64,000 nt of DNA, from positions 162,688,001 through 162,752,000 of the forward strand of contig OZ024743.1 of the NCBI GenBank assembly GCA_964016885.1, written 5' to 3'. A program made the position numbers and the translations under genes. The notes beneath the pieces were generated by a model. That model had not been told where the DNA came from. It saw nothing but the letters and a program-made list of their open reading frames with translations, and searched no databases. This stretch comes from Eledone cirrhosa. Its lineage: Eukaryota. Shown here in pieces: positions 1-12,105 of this stretch. Numbering within the stretch: position 1 is the stretch's first letter; every line of letters begins with the position of its first letter.

Positions 1-194
1 CCTGGACGGCTTGGAGATGCGTACACCTCGTAGCCACCGAAAATGAGTGCGAAGGTTCGTGCGTCGGAAACTCTGGTCTCGCTAATGGCCAACACATCTA
101 TGTCCAGTGACCTGAGGTCCTTGTGCAGGTGCCCCTATTTCCAGGACGACCCCAAGCCCCGTGCATTCACACTGCCTGTTTTGAGTGAGGCCAT
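1..194 (-). mobile_element. Decayed L1/Tx1-like LINE, start of ORF2 AP endonuclease (continues off window)
   Basis: Minus-strand translation from ATG at 194: MASLKTGSVNARGLGSSWK*GHLHKDLRSLDIDVLAISETR. This matches the APE N-terminal N-x-x-G and D-x-x-x-x-x-E-T motifs and has an internal stop. Confidence 0.7.
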
Positions 195-1035
195 GATTGA
201 TTTAGAGGAGGAGAAAATGGGAAAGGCCACTTACCTTAGATATTGAGGAGGAAGGACAATAGTTCCATCCTTGCGGGGGGGGGGGGGGCTTAAAAGCCGA
301 AATATCTGTGTAAATTCGTTTGGAGATTGTTCCCCTGAAGTCTTCAATCGAATCTGGGTATGTTGTTTTTAAATGTGAGAGTGTTTTCTGTGTTATTTTT
401 ATTATTTGTATCTTTTGGGGTAGTGCTATTTTCCCTGGTTCTGTAAAATCGTTTTGTGTGATTGTGGTGTTGTGTTCTATGTAATTTAAAGGGGTTTTAG
501 TCTTAGGTCAGCCTTGGTTGAGCAAACCTGTGTTCAAAAGCGTTCCAACTGTGGCCACCTCGTCTTTTTCATATAGTGTATCTAAGATTTCTGATGCGTG
601 TTTCATTTTTTAAATATGGAGTGTGATTTTAGGGATAATTAGCTGATATTTTTACTTGGTCGACAAGATCCTTCGTTGATTCAGCAGAATGTTGGTGGTT
701 AAGTTAAATTTAACATATTTAATGCACAGAGCATGAGTGTAGCGAGAGAATTTTTTTTAATTAACGTAAGAGTTATTTCCCATAGTTTGTTACGATTTTT
801 AAGTTGTCGACTCTCCAGCTAAAACTAGTTGTTGAGCCAAAAGCTAACGAGAAAACTTTTACATGATCGTTCGATCTGCTAGAAATGGCAATCAAATTTC
901 CCATCTTACTGTCTTGAATAAGGGAAGAATACATTAAATTATATAATTCTAAATACACCATACATTGGTGCAACCATTTGATCATACATCTCGATTAGAT
1001 TTAACAAGTGAATAAACAAGTAGTCAAGCCACTAA

Positions 1036-1944
1036 GGGGCGACGTCCATACTCAAATTGCCACGCAAAACGTCAAAATGACGTTTTGGGAGGGTGGGTTG
1101 GTTTTGAGAAAAGATTGTGACGTTTTGCGTATAATTGGAAAGTGTGTGTAAATCCTATTATTTCAATTCAAAAAGGGCAAAAGCACGCCATATTTCTGTT
1201 TTTCACCGTCGACAGAATAAATCACAAGAAGTAGAAAAGTTCACATGCGATGTAAATGGGTGTGGTAAGTTGTTTTCAAGTCTTTCAAGCATGAATCGCC
1301 ACAAAAAAAGAAGGACACACTGCCAGGAAATCAAAATCCTTAGAAGGTGCGAACAACAATGGCAAACAAAAACACAGAAAAACAAAAAAGTAGCATACCA
1401 GTTAACAAACCATCAAAACGACAAAGATCATTGCATGAAATGTTAAGACATATGAAAGAACGAGATGATCAGGAAAGTGATGACAGTGCAGAGGAATCGT
1501 GTGAGGCACTAAAATGTAGAATCAATGATGAAGGCAACAACAAAATTGATTGGCTGCAATGTGACCTTTGTGATCGGGGGTGGCATGCTCTTTGTGCCAA
1601 CATTGAAAACGCAAACATAATAGATGAATTTGTGTGAGTCGTGCAAGTAATTCCCATATAGAAAATATATTACGTACGGGAAAGCAGTGACGTAAGGGCT
1701 TAAAAATTTATAAATATCGAATCAGACAAGAGTAACTTGGTCTTCTTGTTTCCAAAAGGTTTTGTCTACATGAGCTTTTTTCGACAAAAGAAGACTGATT
1801 AACATCCCTAATTTCTAACCCTAAGTCAATTGAGGGTTTTTATGAGTGTTTTTCATCTTGACGTTTTCGGTACTGGGTGGGTGGGTCACGTCCAAAACGT
1901 CATTTTGACGTTTTGCGTGGCGATTTGAGTATGGACGTCGCCCC
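1036..1944 (+). mobile_element. Non-autonomous DNA transposon with 53-bp TIRs and TAA target duplication (PIF/Harbinger-like), carrying C2H2 and PHD finger remnants
   Basis: TIR GGGGCGACGTCCATACTCAAAT... at 1036-1088 and 1892-1944 with 1 mismatch. TAA at 1033-1035 and 1945-1947. Internal frameshifted CDVNGC..HKKRRTH zinc finger and WLQCDLCDRGWHALC PHD motif. Confidence 0.8.
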
Positions 1945-4900
1945 TAAGTGGGCGACCACCTTTGTCATCTGGCCTTATTTTATGTTCTCTGTAAATCTTC
2001 ATCTGGCTTGATCTTCTGGTTATGTCATCATTATCATCATTTAACGTCCCTTTTCACTACTAGCATGGTTGGATGGGTCGTCATAGATTACGTCAGTATT
2101 TAATTGATGTCACTGACCTCTCAGACGAGCAAGGGACTGCAATTCGCTTAGATTTGCTCACTTTGCAAGGTGAGATGGGTGTGTGTTATCGTGACACCAG
2201 CGCTAGGAGGGGTTGCTGTGCCCTTGACAAATTGAAGAATCCTTTAAATTTTATGTTTTAGCAAATTTTCTGTAGCAGGATGTAGCGGCATTACTTCGTA
2301 TCTCACAACAACACTCTTTCATGCGTGGTTTAGTTACTGGTTGACCAATTGTGTAAGTCACGCATGAATATACTACGTCCGCCCAACTAAGAAATTCGCA
2401 CTTCTTTGTTTGACGACACCTCAGTTGCTGCTTTCACTCCTTTTACATTCCCGTGTCGTTACTAGCAAGATGTAACGTTAAAAAAGAAAACCTTGGCTCT
2501 TATTGGCGAGGGACCAACCTCTTTCTTCCAACACTTCATTTTTGTTCATTTACTCATTGCGGCATGCCGGCAACATTTTATTGTAATCTTGTACGGTTGT
2601 AAATAAACCCTTTGTAAAAACGTTTAAAAGCCTTCTGATATTTCTGCCACCATTGAACCTGCTCACATACTAAAAACATTTCTTCGACGTGATATGGGAA
2701 AATCATTTTCCCCCAAGGTAATATCATTTCGGACACAGCAAGTTAGTACAGTTTTCATTCCCTTAAATAGAACAAAGTAAAACTTGACTCACTGAGATTT
2801 TAATCTTCACTCACTCATATGCCTACAACTATGTTAAAGATTCGTCTGCTTTCGTGGCGACAACCTTCAACCAAGCTACAACCAAATAAATACTTCAACG
2901 TTACATCTACTTCTCCAATCATCTTTTTCTTGATATTACTACAAACACACTAATTCTGTTAAAGATGTTCTTCCTATGGGCAACCACGTTACTGGGTGTG
3001 TATTGCGCATTTTTCGTGGCACCAGCACTAGAGAGGTTGTCATGTCTGTGATGTAACTGGAGAGTTGTCTCAACTCTTTTGGCATACTTTCTGCTGCTGG
3101 ATGCCCTTCCTAACACCAATCACTTCACAATGTCTATTGAGTGCATTTTATCAGGGTACCAGCACTAGGGAGGTTGTCAGTCACTGACTCAACTAAAGAG
3201 ACCTCTATACCCTATCAGATATGAGTGGTGACATCTCATGATTAGAGGGTGTAAGGGGAGAAATAAGGCTGGCAAGCATGATTTCAAGGGTGCTGGACAA
3301 TAGGTAAATGGGAATGGAAGATGACAATTATAAGGTAATGATTGTATGAAAAGTGTAGTGAGATTTAAAGAGGGGTGGAGGAGAAAAGGGCTGAGAAAGT
3401 ATGTTATGGGTGTATGACACTTATGGTGTAGTGAGATTTGGCAGGGTGATGTAACAGGAAAGATGTGGAATGATCTTGGATAGAGTGGGGATTTACAGTG
3501 GTAATGAGAGCATGCTAAGAAATTATGACTGTTGTGGTGAGATTTAACAGGTTGGAGTGAAAGAGAAAGAGAGATGAGGGTGATCCTGGGTAGAATGGGA
3601 CGGTACAGCGGTGGTGGGAATAATTACTAAGGAACACTAGCTAAAGACAAGCATAAATAAATCAGGTCACATCTTTTATGAAGGTAGACTAGTCTTCTCC
3701 AGTACCACATGTCTCCAATCCTTTGTCATCTCTCTTGTGAGATTCAGCTTCCTAAAGCTGGTCATCACTGCTTCATCTTATGGCTTTCTAGGTCTAGCTC
3801 TTCCATGAGTCCCATCCACTGATGTTTCTCAGTACTTTTTTTATACAGTTGTCATCTTCCATATGTATCACATGGTCATATGAACACAGTCTTCATATAC
3901 CATACTAGAGCAGTCTTATCTCTTGCACACTATATCCAATTTCTTTATATCAAGTTTTTCTCTCAGCTTGCTTATACCAGATCATTCATACTCACTAATA
4001 TTACACATCGATAACAAAAAGAAAGTCAAATGCCTATTTATACCTTTTAATAATTACAGGTTGAAACATTTATAGACCTTGTTTATCATAAACAATTGTA
4101 TAATTTAATTCCCTCTAGAGGAGGCCCTAAGGAAATACCTTGGTCAGTGTGGTCCTTCTTCTTTTACTTGCAGTAGGCTTCTGACATCCATGTATAAATA
4201 ATTATCTTTTTTAACACTCAATTTGATATAAGCCCATATTTATTGTTAAAAGGCCGAATTTATATACACACAGGAGGATATAAGAAATGAAAGCAATTAC
4301 TGGCCATTAGGTTGAAGCTAGGCAGAAACTTCCCAGACAAAACAGGAAATGTTGAATATCTCATGTTGATAACATACCATAATAGAACAATTCCCAAGAT
4401 GTTGAATACGTCTCATTGATAAATATTTAGTTCCTCTTCACAGGAAAATACGAGGAATATATAGGTGCCACTCGACAGTACGTCTTCTCATCTTGCTGTC
4501 CAGGGTCATCTCAGGTGAACTAGGAGGTTTTACAAGGAAAAGGTGACAATGTATTCATGCGCAATCTAACATGATTGGTTTGTTTAACCAAATTACATAT
4601 GAAATATTGTTTTAACTATACTTGCTTCATTTCTTTCTATCCTTTGCAGGTCTTCTGCAGTCAAGACCCATGTCTCACTGCTACATAGTAGATAGTAATA
4701 TGGCCACCAGATATAATGGTTTGTTGCAATATAAAGGGGCAGCGGCTGGATGAATAAGCAACCCTAGACCAACAAAGGGGAGATGGAGCAATAGGTTACA
4801 CCTGTAACTTCCAAGAAAACTCTCACAACCCAGTAATGTAGATATGACAAGGCATATAAAGGCCGCCTCTAAAAAGCCTAGTATTCATGGGTTTGAGTAA

Positions 4901-5875
4901 GACCATTGGTATGAATAAGACCGCCAAAACTGCAATATGGTGAGAGGTAAGAAAAAGAACCATATCACATCGTCCTTCTTGGGGTTTAACAAGTGATGTG
5001 TTCAGGCCTTAGGTAGATGGGTCTGTTTGAAAAATATATTTCAATCTCCATTCCATGCCATAGAAACTGGCTATGGGCTTGCAACCTGTCTGGGAGGCAT
5101 GGGATGGACACACAAAGATTGCATATTCTGATACCCCAAAGAGGGTTTGCCACCTGTGACCCATTCTCTAGCAGAACAGCTCTGCCGAGTGATTCATGGC
5201 TCTGCTACTGTAGATTTGGATGGAGGATGGAAACTCCACTATTCAGGTGTGGCACCAGAAATGACTGCACAGGTGGGAGTGGGGATATAATAATACTGAA
5301 TATATATAAACATGAGTGTGTATGTGTATGGTTAAGAAAGTTGCTTCACAATCCCAATGTTACAGGTTCAATCCTACTGTGCGGCACCTTGAGCAAATCT
5401 CTACTGGATAGACTAAACCTATATATGTACATACACACATATACACATATACACACAAGCACGTGCATGCACACTCACACACACATGCATGTGTGCATAG
5501 ACATACACATACACACACATATATATATATAAATAAACTGATTGATTTATGATGTAGATGACCTGAGCAATCAATTTACATCTATTACCTCCTTTTATAT
5601 GGTCACAGATGTGGATGGCCTCAGGTTTAAAAAGGAAAGTGAGACTGTTAGAAATTACTACAAACTCTACATCTAGTTCTATCTATATACTACTAAAATT
5701 CTGTGTTTGCGTGCTTGTCTATAATTTGATACAGCCAAAACGGCACATAATGGGAAAATACTTTGAAAGGAGCACAAGTTCCCAAGATACAGGGTTTTTC
5801 CGGGTACCTTCATAAATAGAGAGAGAGAAAGATAGAAAAAGAGATAGTGGTTGTGAGAGAGTAGATTAAAAGAGA

Positions 5876-5920
<45 letters not shown>

Positions 5921-5936
5921 TAAAATAACAGATTAA

Positions 5937-5987
5937 AGTTTAAGCAAAGAATCGCTGCTTTCACCCTTAACGGGATCTTCTGAAACT
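5937..5987 (-). ncRNA. Type I hammerhead ribozyme-like motif, U4A core variant
   Basis: Reverse complement: agttt CAGAAGA tccc-gttaa-gggt GAAA gca-gcgattctt-tgc TT aaact. Stems I, II and III all pair. The same sequence recurs at 42172-42220. Confidence 0.6.
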
Positions 5988-6301
5988 AACAAAGTCAATC
6001 TGTGAATGCAGAAGTGAATATTTCAAAAAACGTTGCAACCAGAAGACAGGAAGACGATACTTTGGTTCGTGGAAACGTTCCCTGGCAAAGAACGGGAAAA
6101 AACGAATATAATACGTCATTATTTGGAACGGTGAAAAACAATTACACGCAACCGCTCCAAATAATGACGTATTATATTCGTTTTTTCCCGTTCTTTGCCA
6201 GGGAACGTTTCCGGGAACCAAAGTATCGTCTTCCTGTCTTCCTCCGGTTGCAACGTTTTTTTTAAATATTCACTTCTGTGTTCACAGATTGACTTTGTTA
6301 G
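5986..6301. repeat. Near-perfect fold-back inverted repeat (about 150-bp arms, about 18-nt loop) next to (TA)n
   Basis: 5986-6132 is the reverse complement of about 6151-6301. The mirrored ORFs 5967..6221(-) and 6002..6265(+) reflect the palindrome. Confidence 0.9.
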
Positions 6302-6954
6302 ACGTAACGCCTCCAAGAAGCCCTAAGAAGCTGAAAAAATGAAGTTTTTCACCTAATGCGGGGCCTAGGCCGTAAGAAAGTTGGATTTTCTTTGCTTACG
6401 GTATGAAGAAAAGACTGACTAATACATAGTTACAATTTCAAGGAAATCGGTCTGACGTAACGCCTCAAAAACCCCTAAAAATGTTAAACAACGCAGTTTT
6501 TCACCTAATGCGGGTCCTAGGAGATAAAAAAAAAGTTTTATGTGCATAACACTCCCTGAAATATAAGTAATACACATGTAAAGTTTGAAAAAGATTGGTT
6601 GGGTACTTCTCGAGTTTTAGGGATTCATACTCACACACACACACACAGACATCCTCAAGGAAGTGACGTAATGCAGACAAGCAGACATACAGACAGATAT
6701 TATAAGGGCACGACGTTATAAGTATGTATCTATCTAAAAAGAGAAAGACTAAGAATTATAGAGCGAGATCGCTAAATTGCCTAATGTGGTCCCTGTGGCA
6801 TAGAAAATTTGAAATTTATTTTGCTCAGAACACTCCCTGAAACATAAGTATTACATGTGTAAAGTTTGAAAAGAGTCGGTTGGGTGGTTCTCGAGTTTTA
6901 GGGATTCGAACTCACACACACACAGACAGACATCCTCAGTTTTATATATATAGA

Positions 6955-7834
6955 CTAGCAGAAAACCGCCCAACGTGTGGTTTTCTGCTTGCAAATCTAG
7001 TGTATATACTGATATTGTTGAGATTTGGATGAGAAATGTTTTCGGCACCACATGTTCACCGTCTCTCGGTGTGTCTTTTATGCATGTATAAATATATATG
7101 TTATCTATACGGTGAAATCTTTGAAATAAATATATGTTAAAACGAAAAAGGAGAAAATAAATAACTGGCGGTTAGAAAAAAATATTCCTATGACATTTTA
7201 ATCATACCATTAGGTGTGAATAAAGAAATATTTTTTTATTGTCAAAACAAATGTTCAAAAGTTAAACTTCAATTTTTTTAATTATTTCCAATTTTTTCAT
7301 GAAATTGAACACTGGACATTGGCTGCTTGAAATGGAACTTAAATCGTATTTAATTGTATTTAAATTTCTAACCTTATTTTATTATTTATATTTATTCAAT
7401 AAGAAATTTAAAAAAACAACAAAATTTGAAGAAAAAAATTGAACAAATCAAACGTAGGTTATGGAACTGCGCAATCTGATTAATAAATTACCTCATCAGC
7501 AGCAACCTTCTTCGCATGGTGTCAAGTCAGAACCGCCTCGAACTGGTTACTTCTGGCTTGTGCAAGGTGTCTCTATAGCAACCAGCGATTCCCTCGGCCC
7601 CAGTGACCAAAGTCAGTGGAGAGGGGAAGGTAATGTTTCTATAAAGGAAGGGGAAGGTAATATTTCTGTAGCACGTGTTTTAGCGTCTATTCACTCTCTC
7701 TCTCTCTCTCTCCCTCCCGCTATCCCCCTCTCGTAGTCTGTCTTTTTCTTTCACTCTCACTCTCTCTCTCTACGCACGTATTTCCACTGTCGGACAGACA
7801 GACAGAGAAATTGCTGGTTATATATATAAGTAGA
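6955..7834 (-). mobile_element. Non-autonomous Helitron, copy A of a head-to-tail tandem
   Basis: Minus strand starts TCTACTTATATATATAACC and ends CTAG at 6955 after a GCAGAAAACC..GGTTTTCTGC hairpin. It is followed directly by another TCTATATATATAAAA Helitron-like start at 6954. Confidence 0.75.
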
Positions 7835-8800
7835 CTAGCAGAAAACCACCCGGTGGGCGGTTTTCTGCTTGCAAATCTAGTGTATATACTGATATTGTTG
7901 AGATTTGGATGAGAAATGTTTTCGGCACCACATGTTCACCGTCTCTCGGTGTGTCTTTTATGCATGTATAAATATATATGTTATCTATACGGTGAAATCT
8001 TTGAAATAAATATGTTAAAACGAAAAAGGAGAAAATAAATAACTGGCGGTTAGAAAAAAATATTCCTATGAAATTTTAATCATACCATTAGGTGTGAATA
8101 AAGAAATATTTTTTTATTGTCAAAACAAATGTTCAAAAGTTAAACTTCAATTTTTTTAATTATTTCCAATTTTTTCATGAAATTGAACACTGGACATTGG
8201 CTGCTGGAAATGGAAATTAAATCGTATTTAATTTTATTTAAATTTCTAACCTTATTTTATTATTTATATTTTTTCAATAAGAAATAAAAATAAAAAATAA
8301 AAAAATTGAAGAAGAAAATTGAACAAATCAAACGTAGGTTATGGAACTGCGCAATCTGATTAATAAATTACCTCATCAGCAGCAACCTTCTTCAAATGGT
8401 CCTTATTATCAGCAGCAACAACCACAAATTCAATGGCAACCTTCGTCAAACCACAAATTCAATGGCAACCTTCTTCAAACCACAAATTCAATGGCAACCT
8501 TCTTTCGCATGGTGTCAAGTCAGAACCGCCTCGAACTGGTTACTTCTGGCTTGTGCAAGGTGTCTCTATAGCAACCAGCGATTCCCTCGGCCTCAGTGAC
8601 CAAAGTCAGTGGAGAGGGGAAGGTAATGTTTCTATAGCATGTGTTTTAGCGTCTATTCACTCTCTCTCTCTCCCTCTCTCCCTCCCGCTATCCTCCTCTC
8701 GTAGTCTGTCTCTTTCTTTCACTCTCACTCTCTCTCTACGCACGTGTTTCCACTGTCGGACAGACAGACAGAGAAGTTGCTGGTTATATATATAAGTAGA
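7835..8800 (-). mobile_element. Non-autonomous Helitron, copy B of the tandem, with an internal expansion of a repeat of about 30 bp
   Basis: Near-identical to 6955-7834. A|TC 5' end at 8800 and CTAG 3' end at 7835. Extra CAAACCACAAATTCAATGGCAACCTT repeats at about 8415-8505. Confidence 0.75.
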
Positions 8801-8879
8801 TTAAGATTTTTTTTTCCAAAAAATTTATAAATTTCCGGTTGGTTGGTTGCTTCCACAACCGGACGGTTGTTCATATATT

Positions 8880-8922
8880 GTCAAAGTTCTTTCGTCACAC
8901 ATTCTGTGACCTCTTCAGTGAC
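8880..8922 (-). ncRNA. Minimal type I hammerhead motif in left pLTR
   Basis: Reverse complement: gtca CTGAAGA g-gtcaca-gaatg-tgtgac GAAA gaac TT tgac. Confidence 0.7.
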
Positions 8923-9109
8923 TGGGGATTCTTTTCTTTCTTTTGTGACTCTCCTTTGTTCTGTCCTACGCCATCTTGTTTTTGTGTTGTGTGCTTAGTT
9001 TGTGCATGTGTTACATCCGGGTGTCTGTGTGTGTTTTTATTTATTTATGTGTTTATTTACATGTTACTGGTTGGCTGTTTGTTCTATGTGTGTGTGTTTT
9101 CATTTTGTC

Positions 9110-11368
9110 CTTAATTGTAAGTTGTGATGTTGTTATTCCATTCATGTTTTCTATTTAATTTTGGTTGGAGTTCATTTATGTTTATTGCCTCTGTGATTTG
9201 TCTAAACATTGCGTCTTTTGTGTGTGTAGATTTTATTTTTATTTCTATGTTCTCTAATTTGCCCTTATGTTCTATTTTAGCATGTTGGTGGAGTATTGAT
9301 GATTCTTTTCTATCTTGAAGGTCTCGTCAGTGTTCATTTAATCGTTCTCCTATACTACGAGCTGCCTCACCTATGTACACTATATTCTTATCTTTACATT
9401 GTCCTTCAGTACATCTTATACTATATACTATGTTTCTAGTTTTACAGTTAATATGGGGGTTTAGTTTATAGATTATGCATTTCTTACCTATACAGGGAGG
9501 TCTTTGAAAAGGGTATGTATTACTAATGTGTTTTTATGGAGGTACCTGGTCTTTCTACTATCTTAATATTAAGTTTAAGTTTATCTAGGGCCCTTCTAAA
9601 TTTGTAAGCTAATTCACCTCTAGGGGTTGTATTGATGAACATTACACTCTGGTATTTATTGCTATCATACCATGAGTTTATTCTATTAATTTTTATTCTT
9701 AGTTCTTTCTATTCTATTCCAAAATGTGCTCCTATACAAGGGGCAGGTCCCATTTGTATCATTATTTACCATTTTTTCCCATTTGGTTCTGGCTCCTCTA
9801 TATACTCTGATTTTATCTCTCTGATTGTAACCAGAGAACTGCATACGGTGGATGAAGTGTTGTATGTGTCTCTCTAGTTCTTTGGGGTTGCACATGCGGG
9901 ACACGTTTCTCATCACCCGTACTAAATCCGCAATCAGCATGTTGATTTTGGTGTGATCCGAAACAGCTGAGTTTCGGTGGATCAGATATTTGAAAGTCAT
10001 GGGTTTGGCATAATGGGAATGGAGGATTTGTTTTTTGTTATTAATGGTTTCTAACCAGAGCTCTGTGTCTAGTACAGGTAATCGATGGTTGGGTGTTTGC
10101 TTGGGTAGTCTATAGTAACTCTAATACTCTGGTGGACGGAGTTAGCTATTTGCTGGATACTTTCCATTGTGTTTTTCTCTAATTCCTGACTGTTCTCTAG
10201 AGGGGGTGTTTTTACTACGATGTTTATATCATCAACGTAGCGAGAGTACATTATCAGGGTTAAGAAGTTGCTGTCTTCTAATTGTTCTTTAAGTTTATTG
10301 TCCCACGATACCATGAATAGGTTAGCTATGTCACCTGCAATGCTAACCAATGGCTGCTCCCACCTCTTGGGCATATGTTTTCCATTAAATTTGAACATAT
10401 GTTCCTTAAGGGTTAGTTTTATACTGGCCCCCACCGCATGTGCAATCATTTTCTTTAGTTCACCGTGGTTTTCGGGGGTCCGTATGGCTCTGGTCTACCC
10501 GTTCCATCTATCTGTGTGGGTTTTCTCGGCCATTTAGGTAATGGTAGGTGGCCTGCCTCTTGCTGGCCTTGTGGGGCAGAGGTTGCTAAGGTCATACGTA
10601 TCTAGATAATCATTACTATAGGTAAGTTTAAGTAGGAGTCCCAGCTCACTGGTATCAATCCCACGGATTTCAACATTGCTCTCACTGATCATTTCTACGC
10701 ATTTCTCCACAGCAAAATCCACGTCAATGGATGGATATAGGGACACAACATCCATACTACCTATTATACAGTCTGTTAGGTCCCTAGATCGGTTATTTTC
10801 GCTGATTCTACTGAGGAGGTCCTCCGTGCTGTCACATATATCCGGGGATATTTCAATGATGGGGCGTATGATCAGGGAGAGGAAGTAGGAAAGTCTGTAG
10901 TTACTAGCAATGTTAGCTCCACAGACTGGCTGTGTTGGTGGTCCTGTGACTGGATCACTGTTCGTCTTATGGTCTTTTCGAAGCCCATATAACGCTGGCA
11001 CGTCATTGTTCCAGGCCTGGAAGTTGTTGGCAGTCCGTTTATTGGGCTGCATTATGTTTGTCCACATCATCATTTGAGCATTGAGGGTTTTCTCCCTATC
11101 CTCATGCTCTTGTGGTGTTACTTCTCTTGTGTTAGTGGTGTGGGGTTGTATTGCCTGGATGTAGTTTGACAGACTGTCAACCGACATTCTACCAGACTTG
11201 TCTGTTGGAAAGCATGCAATCTCTCCATTACGTGAGCGCTGCATGAGCTTACGCAAGCCATTTGCAGACTTTTCTCCCAGTTGCTGGGTCTCCATTCTAT
11301 TTTGCTTCTTGCTATACTGTTCTATAATATTTCTAAGTTTAGATCTAGCTATACTAAATTGTACTTCT
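9110..11368 (-). pseudogene. Disrupted Penelope-like reverse transcriptase/GIY-YIG endonuclease ORF
   Basis: ORFs 10534..11469, 10069..10449 and 9686..10000 plus the downstream GIY-YIG frame are colinear parts of one PLE protein. Confidence 0.85.
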
Positions 11369-11552
11369 AATGAAAACACACACACATAGAACAAACAACC
11401 AACCGGTAACATGTAAATAAACAAATAAATAAACAAATAAAAACACACACAGACACCCAGGTGTAACACAAACTAAGCACACAACACACACAAAAACAAG
11501 ATAGCGTAGGACAGAACAAAGGAGAGGCACAAAACAAAGAAAAGAATCCCCC

Positions 11553-11595
11553 GTCACTGAAGAGGTCACAGAATGTGTGATGAAAGAACTTTGAC
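11553..11595 (+). ncRNA. Minimal type I hammerhead motif in right (inverted) pLTR
   Basis: gtca CTGAAGA g-gtcaca-gaatg-tgtgat GAAA gaac TT tgac. Confidence 0.65.
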
Positions 11596-11753
11596 AATAT
11601 ATGAACAATCGTCCGGTTGTGGAACCAACCAACCGGAAATTTATGAATTTTTTGAAAAAAACTTTAAAAAAATTTTTTTTGATTTATAATAAGTTGCAGT
11701 GAAAGCAACTGGTGCGTGTGTTTCTTATTGGCAACATGACCCTCCCAAAGTAT

Positions 11754-11757
<4 letters not shown>

Positions 11758-11852
<95 letters not shown>
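11758..11852. repeat. Compound (TA)n(GA)n microsatellite
   Basis: Read directly from the sequence. Confidence 0.95.
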
Positions 11853-12039
11853 AGACAGAGGGAGAGAGAGACAGAAGGAAAATGAAAGAGCGAAAGAGCT
11901 GGTACTGTTGTTGAATGAAATTATAACAAGTGACTTCAAAGAATCGAATACAGCATTACTGTATCCTAATAAATAAGAAGGGTTTCTAAGTGTATATACG
12001 ATATTAAACAAATGGAAACTATATTTATAAAACCATATT

Positions 12040-12105
12040 TATTTCATTATACATATTTCGGGGATACCATATTAAAAATATGGCATGCCTTCTTCAGATA
12101 AAATA
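12040..12105 (-). ncRNA. Type I hammerhead ribozyme (left arm)
   Basis: Reverse complement of 15501-15566. Confidence 0.8.

Larger units (their letters stand above)
8811..11757 (-). mobile_element. 5'-truncated Penelope-like retroelement (RT plus C-terminal GIY-YIG) with inverted pLTRs
   Basis: RT pieces TDKSG, LYGLRKDHK, GSMDVVSLYPSI and YSRYVDDI. GIY-YIG remnant NIVYSIRC...YIGEAARSIGERLNEH at about 9110-9560. Inverted repeats 8811-9104 and 11369-11660. Stops and frameshifts present. Ends at (TA)n(GA)n. Confidence 0.9.

Noticed and set aside
4100-4480. Possible degenerate hammerhead or PLE tail sequences
   Set aside because: Core motifs are broken and stems cannot be supported.
11369-11469. 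N-terminus of the 311-aa ORF 10534..11469
   Set aside because: It is read-through from the inverted pLTR (low-complexity GT/T-rich sequence), not part of the real RT.
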